This document shows, one piece after another, positions 22,210-31,293 of a stretch of DNA of 64,000 nt. The position numbers and the translations under genes are program-made. The DNA comes from Diadema antillarum (lineage: Eukaryota): the NCBI RefSeq assembly GCF_040938485.1, contig NW_027270981.1:1054001-1118000 (forward strand). The letters are read 5' to 3'. Position 1 is the first letter of the stretch, and every line of letters starts with the position of its first letter. The notes under the pieces were generated by a model, which saw only the letters and a program-made list of their open reading frames with translations, was not told where the DNA came from and made no database searches.

Positions 22210-24984
22210 TCAGCATGATTCAATTGGTATGTAATTGAATTCCTCTCGTATGAGCTTGTGTCGAAATTGCTCCCAGAACAAATCTTGCCTGTCTGTATTC
22301 TTAGCCCACATCAAGGTAGCTCTGTTGGCATTCAGGAGAAGTCGTACCAGATAGGGGAGTTGATCGTCGGAGATTTCCTCAAGGAAAATCAGTGTGACTC
22401 TGTCCAATCTGGTCTCATTAAGGTGTTCCAGAGCCATCCGCACCTTGGACATGAACCATGTGTCTGCCACTGACTCGTTGCTTAGTACGAGAAGGGTCTT
22501 GTAGCTGATTTCCATGGCATTGTATAGGGCGTCCACGTAGTGCATACCAGCATTTAGATAGTTGTCAGCCCACAGAATGTTTGTGAAGTATGGAAACCTC
22601 TCTTCCATAGCAGGCTTCATGGTGCCATTGATCCATTCTGCATCAGCATCGTTGAACATGACATTGAGCTGGTATTGGTAGTTGTCGGCATTGTACTCCT
22701 CAAGGTCGTCATATCCGCGAATGGCCATTTTCATGAGGCAGACCTTGTTCCTCAGCCACCATCGCTTGCGATAAGCAAGCACACAAAGGAGTGATAGTAC
22801 TATGAGTACCAGAAATGTTGTCACAATAGGCATGGCCAGACTCACAGCGCAAAGCTCCTTAGGATGAAACTGCAGGAGGGGTTTGTTGGCAGTACCCATC
22901 GTGGATGTCCTTTCACAAACAGTCTTGTTAGCATGCATAAGTGCAATGTTATCGGTGTCCAGCAGAGTTCTGAACCATGCCAACTCACAGGAGCAGATAA
23001 TTGGATTTTTGGACAAATCAATTTCCACATTTCTGGGGAATACTGTGCCTGGAAGCACAGTACTCACATGATTCTGTGACATAAATATTTTTGAAAGATT
23101 AGGTGTGCTATTGAACAGTGTGACTGGAATAGACTGTATGAAATTGCCTTGAACAAAAACAGAATTAAGTCGTTGCAAACCACTGAGTGTTTGTGTGTGC
23201 AATTTTATGAGTTGGTTGCCATGCAAACGCAAACTTGATAGAAGAGTCAGACTCTCAAACAGTTTTGCTTCAACAGCTGTAATTCTAGAATTGGAAATAT
23301 CTAATATCTTGAGTTTAGTTAGTGGATCAAATGTACCAGGCTCTATTTTGTTTCGAAAATAGTTTCCTTGCAAGAAGAGTTGCTCCAAAGATTTTAGGCC
23401 CAAGAACAGGGAAGATCGTTTGGAACTATTGAACAGATGCGTACTTTGCAGGTTGGTGAAGCTCATGTCAAGCATTGTGAGGGATGCAGTACCACTAAAT
23501 TGATCTGTTGAATTCATTTGCAAAGGTGAATGGGATAGATCCAGTTTTTGCAGTTTGTCCAAGGTACGAAAATCTTCATGTATTTGTAGATTTTTCTCAT
23601 ATGTAAGAATCAGTTCTTTCATCTGCCGTGTGCTGGCAAATGCTGAAGTAAATTCAGAGTTAATATCATTGTAAGACATATTAAGGTATTGCAAATGGGA
23701 CAATCCCCCCAATAGACTTTTTGTTATTTGTGTCATTTTGTTGGAGCAGAGGTCAAGATTGACAAGTGATGTCATAGAAGTGAACTTGTCTCGACTGTTT
23801 TCTAATGAGTTGTAAGACAGGTTGAGATGGAGTAATGAACTCAACCCCTCAAAAGAAGCAGAATGTAGTCTCATTATCTTGTTGTAAGATAGCAGCAGTC
23901 GAAGGAGATGTTCATTGCAGTGAAAGGCACCATCTGGCAGAAATATGATTTGATTGTGTGATAGGTCAAGAACCTGCAAATCATCTAGTGAACAGAAAGA
24001 TGTATTTTGGATACTGAAAACTTTATTTTCCCTTATAATGAGAGTTTGCGTCCAATTCAGTCCCAAAAATGCAAACTCAGGAATTTTCTGAATAAGATTG
24101 GATGCCAAATCTACAATCTTGATGTTGGGAAAGTTGAAGTCATGTGCTGACACATTCACAGGAATTATTTCCTTGATGGAAGAGCCATACAAGGATAACA
24201 CTGTGATATTTGCTGTGCCCATGAATGCCAATACCTCAAGACTTTTAATGCTGTTTCCTCGGAGCAAAATGCTTCTGACAAAAGGAAGTTCAGAGAATAC
24301 CATTGGCTCTAGGTGAAGCCACTTGTTCCCACTCAAAACTAAATGTGACAATGAACATTTCTTGAGAGGTAAGAAGTCTTCCTTGTGGATAGATGATAGG
24401 TTGTTTGCTGACAAATCAATAGATATATCATCCCATCTAGACAATGGATCGAAGTGGAGAGACTGTATCCAGTTTGCTGAGATTGTAAATGTTGTCAGCT
24501 TTGGTAACTCTGCAATGGCTGCACTTGGCATTGAAGTAAAATTGTTCTTTATAAGAATCAGAGTTTTAAGGTTGATATTAGCATGAAACAGTCCATTTTG
24601 AAATCCAGTTAACTTGTTGCGCGATAAGATCAGTACTTGAAGATGTTCAAGCCAGGTGAAGGTGCCATTTTCAATGCGGATGAGCCGGTTATATGCCACA
24701 TTTAGCTTGAGAAGATTTCCATGGCCATGAAAGGAATTGTGGAGAAGTTCTGATATCCAGTTATGTGATAGATTCAAAATGAAAGTATCGTTTGGAAGGT
24801 CCCCAGGAACTTCTGTCAAGTTTTGTTTTGTGCAGTCAGCACGAGTACCTTCACTACTGTCACTGAAACAACAATGATCTTCGCTGAGCACCAGTTTTCT
24901 TGTTCTGATCAGTTCTGATGAAAATATGCCTCGTATCCATAGAAACGTGAAGAGGTAGAGGGCAGCGCAAGCCTGGGTATGCAT
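22210..24984 (-). CDS. Toll-like receptor TLR-C (single-exon LRR-TM-TIR)
   Basis: 924-aa ORF with the same architecture as TLR-B; the C-terminal ~309 aa differ from TLR-B at 6 positions. Confidence 0.96.
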   Translation of the reverse strand: MHTQACAALYLFTFLWIRGIFSSELIRTRKLVLSEDHCCFSDSSEGTRADCTKQNLTEVPGDLPNDTFILNLSHNWISELLHNSFHGHGNLLKLNVAYNRLIRIENGTFTWLEHLQVLILSRNKLTGFQNGLFHANINLKTLILIKNNFTSMPSAAIAELPKLTTFTISANWIQSLHFDPLSRWDDISIDLSANNLSSIHKEDFLPLKKCSLSHLVLSGNKWLHLEPMVFSELPFVRSILLRGNSIKSLEVLAFMGTANITVLSLYGSSIKEIIPVNVSAHDFNFPNIKIVDLASNLIQKIPEFAFLGLNWTQTLIIRENKVFSIQNTSFCSLDDLQVLDLSHNQIIFLPDGAFHCNEHLLRLLLSYNKIMRLHSASFEGLSSLLHLNLSYNSLENSRDKFTSMTSLVNLDLCSNKMTQITKSLLGGLSHLQYLNMSYNDINSEFTSAFASTRQMKELILTYEKNLQIHEDFRTLDKLQKLDLSHSPLQMNSTDQFSGTASLTMLDMSFTNLQSTHLFNSSKRSSLFLGLKSLEQLFLQGNYFRNKIEPGTFDPLTKLKILDISNSRITAVEAKLFESLTLLSSLRLHGNQLIKLHTQTLSGLQRLNSVFVQGNFIQSIPVTLFNSTPNLSKIFMSQNHVSTVLPGTVFPRNVEIDLSKNPIICSCELAWFRTLLDTDNIALMHANKTVCERTSTMGTANKPLLQFHPKELCAVSLAMPIVTTFLVLIVLSLLCVLAYRKRWWLRNKVCLMKMAIRGYDDLEEYNADNYQYQLNVMFNDADAEWINGTMKPAMEERFPYFTNILWADNYLNAGMHYVDALYNAMEISYKTLLVLSNESVADTWFMSKVRMALEHLNETRLDRVTLIFLEEISDDQLPYLVRLLLNANRATLMWAKNTDRQDLFWEQFRHKLIREEFNYIPIESC

Positions 24985-26191
24985 TGTGGGCTCCTATATG
25001 TAGTCATCAGCGTGTTAAGAATCACCTCAGAGCTTGGCGAGTGTCATTATACTCCCAGAATGAGTGGTGAGACACTTAATCTTTACAAAGATAGAACTGG
25101 TCATCAAAGGTAGTTACTGCCCAAAGTGTTGACAGACACTATGCACTGAGAAGAATAAGTGAGAGATTTAAGTGTCTTCCTCTTCTATAATTGACCAGGA
25201 TAGTTGATGCACCAATTTCTTCTGATCTCGGCAAGCAAAATTTTGAACCAACATCAGTGCATGTCAATCGAGATAACGAAAAGTCCTTTGTCGAAAGAGC
25301 CGTAGCAAGTAGAGAATATCCTGTGTGTGTGGTATGTGAAAAGAGTCTAACAAATTCTCTTCCTGGTGACTGTAGTGACTGCAGTGACTTGTGATATGCT
25401 CTGCATATATGCCTGTCAGCTTTGAAAACAGAAACATCATATAAAAAGTGGGGACGGGCTGCTTCCTGTGTTTTATATCTTGCATGTGATTGGACTGTTA
25501 TATGAGAATTGTGTGTGGTTATGCGTGCACTTTTACTTTACTAGTAGTTTTGTTCATTTGTGATCAATGTAGGCTTCCTTTCCACAGTTTAGGCCTATAT
25601 TGTGATCATGTTACTAACAATAGCAATGATTATTTCTGAGTATATGAAATGTGATGAGTGCAGAGACACCATCCAATACAATTCTGTGGTATAAGTACGA
25701 TAAAGAGAGTGAAATATGATAACACGATATTCTTGAAAGTACAACTTTTCATCTTTTGAATGCAAAAAAAGAGAAGAAAATGAAGCCAATATAAACCACG
25801 GAAAACTGCTTATCACATAGAAATATGTACTACTAACTTCCTGCAACCTCTACAAAAATGTTGAACGATGAGCCTAGATGGGCGGGAGGTATGTGGATGC
25901 TTTAAAATTTTCTCATCTAATGATAAAGTAGTACAATTTACTTGCCTGTTTGTACCAGGGATTTTTTTTTTCTGACATTTTACTGGTCCAGAGCCAATGG
26001 GCTAGTGGTGGTATCAAGATTTCATGAAAATCTGATTTCCTCTCAAAAATCTGATTTTTTTTTTAAGGATGTCCCATCTGTTTTGTTTTGTTTCTTTGTT
26101 TTGTTTTGTTTTAATGTCAAGAAGCTGGCATCTCTGTGAGTGGTTTAAAAACATACATTTTGTAGGCTCGAAACCATCCATCACTTTTTTT

Positions 26192-26223
26192 GAGAGAGAG
26201 AGAGAGAGAGGGAGAGGGAAAGA
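26192..26223. repeat. (GA)n microsatellite ~1.2 kb upstream of TLR-C
   Basis: Paralogous position to 17243. Confidence 0.9.
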
Positions 26224-26771
26224 CATTGGTTGACACATTTTAATTGTAAGATTAATCAATTCTGTGGAAAGATATTAAAAAGATATATTATGCCCTCTCA
26301 TCTAGTTCCATCTGTACAGATCAGCAACAATAATGTTGTGCCGTTTGAGATTGGTTTCACTTTAATAAGTGCATGGTTGCACCACAATCACCATATGAAA
26401 GAAGGCTATGCAACAGCTCTCGTATAGTGATATTGCTGTGTTCAATACTCTGTTTCCTCTCAGTGAGGGCTAGAAATTATCATGAATTTTTTTTTTTGTG
26501 CTCACAGGTAATAAAATGATCTGATATATATTGGGATATGCTTGTTTTTTATTTCCCCTTCAAAATCACTGCATTCCTTGTTGTTGTTTTTTAATAAGAG
26601 CTGTGATGCAAAATGATGGTGTAGTGCTTTTTGCATCCTTTATTTATTTTATTTTTTTTTTTGGGGGGGGGCATATCTTGCATATTGTTGACTGAATTCC
26701 CATAATGAATAGAAAATAAAGTTTTCTGCAAGATACCTATATCAAGGCTTTGACATTAACTTTTTCTTTTA

Positions 26772-27316
26772 AGCCCTTTTTACACTTGTGTTTCTTAACC
26801 CCGGACTTTCTCTGACCCAGGACTATCGTTAGTCCCGTACCAATTTTTTCAGCTTTTTACACTGGCCAATTAGTCCCGTACTATCTCTTGTCCGGGGCTA
26901 AGGAGAAAACTGACCTTTTTACACTTGTATTTCTTAGCCCCGGACTTTCCAAACCACATGAATATTCATGATTACGCTGTGTACTGTACATGTACATGCA
27001 CGCACCGGCAGCACTTGATTACCTCGTTTCTGATTGGTCAGTGAGGGTCGGACTTCGTCTCCGTCGCTTAGCCCAGGATTATTTTTTCATTCTATTTACA
27101 CTCACTTGCTTGGCACCGCAATTGCGGTGCTAACCCTGCTATTTTGCAGGGCCAGATAGTACCGGACTATCGGTGGGGCTAGCCCACTTTGGCAAAAACG
27201 AGTGTAAACAGAAAGTGGGCTAAGGATAGTCCCGTACCAACGGTGGGGCTAAGGCCCCCCCTTAGCCCCACCGTTGGTACGGGACTATGCAAAAATTTAC
27301 AAGTGTAAAAAGCCCT
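26772..27316. mobile_element. PIF/Harbinger-type MITE, TTA TSD, 545 bp
   Basis: TTA|agccctttttacacttgt ... acaagtgtaaaaagccct|TTA; the paralog at ~17821 is empty (cttTTAgtggcc). Confidence 0.88.
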
Positions 27317-27723
27317 TTAGTGGCCTGACAATGAAATTTAATCCCTGAGGGCTATAGCTAGCGTTCAGCATTGCGTACATGATGTTGTATAATATGTTTA
27401 TTAGAATACAGATAAAACTAGAGAGATATTAAAACAATATAGATAATATTTCCTAGTTTATGATGAGTCATAGTAAGTGCTCATGGAGAACTTTGCTGTC
27501 TCAACCACCTGATGTATATTTTTAGACAAGTGATGGAGATGTCTGCCTAGATGTAAGACACTTAATGGCTGCAGTCTCCATGCTGCTGTATTACAATTGT
27601 ATCTCTTCCTTTATAGTACCTGGGATCAATAGAAATAAAATCAGAAGAAATACACTGAGTGACCATGTTTTTGTCTTTTATGCTGTTCCCAAAACTCAGC
27701 ACATTGATGCCAAAAAGAACATT

Positions 27724-28352
27724 CATGAGACAAATCTCTCGTTTGAAGAAGCTACACCCATGTAGACAATGCCAGTGTATATCTTGGCAATCAAGGACTT
27801 AAAAACCAAAGATATAAAACACCAGTTTCTTGACCCTGGCCTAATCTAAACATCAGTCACCGCCACAGGGGGGGGGGGGGGGGGGGGGGGCACCCGCGAG
27901 AGGAGGAGATTGTTTTGGTTTTAGCATGGGCTATGTAGCTCCATGGTGCGTGTGTGTGTCGGCAAACTCCTATAATGCTCTCCTTCTTATTCCTGTATTT
28001 TCATTATTTATGGGTCAAATTTTTCGTTCGAAATTTAAAACGTATGACCATAGAATTTCTCAGTAGAATATAAAATTTAAAACTTTAGAAAGAATAGAGA
28101 AAATTGAGTTCACTTTGAATGGTCTGCCACAGGCAGATATCCTTATCATGTTCTTACGTAATATGACAGCTGTTGCAGTCATTAAACCCTGGCTTGGCCT
28201 CCAGGTTTGCTACGCCTGAGTAGAAAGTTATTTTGCAATGGGCAAATACATATCCTCCCACTTCTCAAATGAGGACTCGTTAGGGGGGTATAGCACCCCA
28301 TCAGCTTCGTTTGCCAATGGGGTCTCGTCTCAAACGGGGGTTTGACGGCATG
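27724..28352. mobile_element. Degenerate TIR insertion, ~630 bp, with a G23 run at 27868-27890
   Basis: Interrupts aagaacatt|tctggtaa, which is contiguous in three paralogs; imperfect TIRs around caaa..cgtttga..cccat. Confidence 0.65.
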
Positions 28353-29021
28353 TCTGGTAATAAGTAGGACCCAGTAAAATAAGTTTATTCTTTAAACTGA
28401 TATTGAAGTTTATTCTTAAAACTGATATTGACACAGCTCAAGTGTAATGAACAAAAAAAAAAAAAAAAAAACCAATGATACATCTTTGCAGCTTCCATTC
28501 ATATAATTTTAGATTTTAAAAAGTATAGTATTCTACAATATGTACCCATGTAAATTGGATTCAAGCCTACATAGTATACAATTGTAGGCAGCAGATATGT
28601 ATCAGGGTGCACTTGTGTACCATGATATACAATGTATATTATTTGAATAAATATATTTGGTGACGTTTATCATTATTGTCTATGTCAACATGCTCTTTGT
28701 TGACAATATGTTGAGAGTCTTGAAAGTGAAGGTCTTGCATAAATTTTTGTGGGCATCAGGTGAATTAGTAGTTTTATCTAATCTAGCATAACCTCTATAC
28801 TAGAGAAGGTACTCACATAATGCTATATTACAATTCAGATAGTGTTTAAGATCGACGAATGTCATAATGAGTCCAAGGTTTGCAGAGAAAAAAATTGAGA
28901 AAAAATACTCTCACACGTTGATTTTATACAGCTATTTCCATCAAGATCTATATTGTTTCATGAGAATAGAAAACTAGTGCCCCATTTACATTACACTGTG
29001 TATTGAGGCCTCACAGATTAA

Positions 29022-29401
29022 AGGGGCTGTACAGTACTGGTTGAGGTGGGGATTCATGTTTTTTACATTCCTCAGTGAGATAATGAATAACCTCTTATGA
29101 AAATTGAAAGAGCATGTAATTTTAAGGATTCAACATTCATTTGATGAAAATTGATTTTCAAATGGCTGAGATATCCAAAAAAGTAATAATGATAAAAGAC
29201 TACAGGCCACAACTTTATTAGGATCTCTTTGTTTCACCTTGTTTTTGGATATCCCGGCCACTTCAAAACCGATTTTCATCAAATAAACTTTTGATACCCC
29301 TTAGAATTGCGCGCTCTTTGACATCTCACATAGTGGTTTCTGAATATCTCACAAAATGTTAAAAGCTAAATCCTCACCTCAACCAGAACTCTACACACCT
29401 C
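29022..29401. mobile_element. TTAA-target (Kolobok-like) MITE, 380 bp
   Basis: TTAA|aggggctgtacagtactggttgaggtggggatt ... aatcctcacctcaaccagaactctacacacctc|TTAA; single TTAA at paralogs ~2555 and ~11210. Confidence 0.88.
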
Positions 29402-30336
29402 TTAAAGTTTCAAAATTATCCTTGCTAATTTGGTCTGTGAGACTTGGCTGAAATGAAATCAGATGTTGCAGGTATGATTTAACAGGTGAATATCTTGCAT
29501 GATAATTATGACAATGGTGATTCCTCGTTACCATAGTTATCAAACATTATAGTATACATACAGAATGTTTCAAAGTGCTTAACATTCGGACATGCAGTAC
29601 ATTGAACCAATTATGACCGTATGACATATATATATGTGACATACTACATCTGAACACACAATGTGATAAAGCATAAGTTGTTCCAAATGTATGCGTGCAT
29701 AATTGACAGCAATGTTTTTTCTATCATGGATGACTGAAACTACTTGGTTCAAAATATTCATGGAGTAGCTTTTTTTTAATTATTTTCTTTTTGATGATTC
29801 ATCAGGCCACAAGTATTTACATGCTGATCATATAGAAATGTGTTCTATTTTTGCCCTTTGAAATAATGGTGCTTGAAAAAAATAATTTTTCGTATTTTGA
29901 ATGATAGAAATCTTAAATTATTACTTTCAGTATTACCAGCAAGCATTCACAAATAAAATAAATCTGTATTTCATGTTGGTTGATATCACTTTAATAGGTC
30001 TCTATGTCAAACTAAATCTCTCAAATAGAAACTGTCAAATCTTCTGTATTAGCAGTTCCTTTGATACAACTTTTTCCTTGGCCATCCTTTGTCATGCAGT
30101 CACAATTTTGATACAATTTCAAAGTAGCCAGACACAGCATGCATTCTGTTTAACAAGTTTGTTGCAGTATACAGCATCAAAACATAATACTTCACTGAGC
30201 AAAGTAGTTTCACTATTCTATGGAAATTAAAGAATATGAAGAAAGATTTAAAAAAGAACAACAAAATTTATTGACAGCATGCAGTGTCAGGAATGTTGGT
30301 CAAGCAAATGATTGATTGCCTGACTGGCACAGTAAA

Positions 30337-30523
30337 CAGTGGACTCCCATTCCAACAAAGTCCTTGGTACCAGCATTTTTCTTTTGTTATATCGAAACTT
30401 CGTTATAACCGAACAATTAAACAATAGAAATACATGGAGCGGATAATGTTGCGGCCTGAATTTTTACTTTGTTGTAACCAGAATTTCGTTATAACCGTGT
30501 TCGTCATAATGGGGAGTGCACTG
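30337..30523. mobile_element. Tc1/mariner (Tigger-like) MITE, duplicated along with its unit
   Basis: Near-identical to 21241-21426 at the same position in the unit. Confidence 0.8.
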
Positions 30524-31293
30524 TACATGCTCTCATACAGAGTGATGTGTAGATGATATGCTCTTGTTAATTACATATTATCCACACCTGTTCCATTTCC
30601 TTGCTATACACTCTTCCTCATGAATTTTCTTGTAAGTACATGTTGGACAAGTACAAATATACATGCTCAATAGCTGATGGTCATAACAGAAAAAAGAAAA
30701 TGGTTATGGTGAAATCAATTATTTAAGATTGAACCTTTGCAATGATATAAATTTCAGACAATCAGAATTCAGCGTTCAAGACCAGTTATACATTAGTGTT
30801 TTCCCCCGTAATTTCAAAACAAGACACTTCATACAACAGAGTTCAGGCTTGGTTTACTGATTCTAAAGAAGATCCCTTCTTAATTGCGCATTTGCAGCAG
30901 AATTATCTTGGTGTTACATACCGCAGTAATTTGTTGGCACTCATCTTGTTGGCAAAAAAAAGAAAATGGTAAAAAATACTGCAGTAATTCATTTGGTACT
31001 CCTATCATTCAAGAAATATGTTTCTCTTCCTGATAAACATTGCGCATGCCTGTTTCTACTGTGGGAAAAGACACAAATGAATATGTCACATGAGAGCTGT
31101 ACAATTGGTGCTATTACATTACATAATTCACACTCACATGTATCTCAAATTATGTGCATTTTGTACAAAGTTTGAAATATCACAGCATGTAAGTACCTCA
31201 TTATCTCATGATGTATTTCGCATTGTATCTGCCATACATCAGTGTGTGTCCTTTGCTTTCCCTTGCAAAGACATTTCCTTTCCAGCTCAGAAA

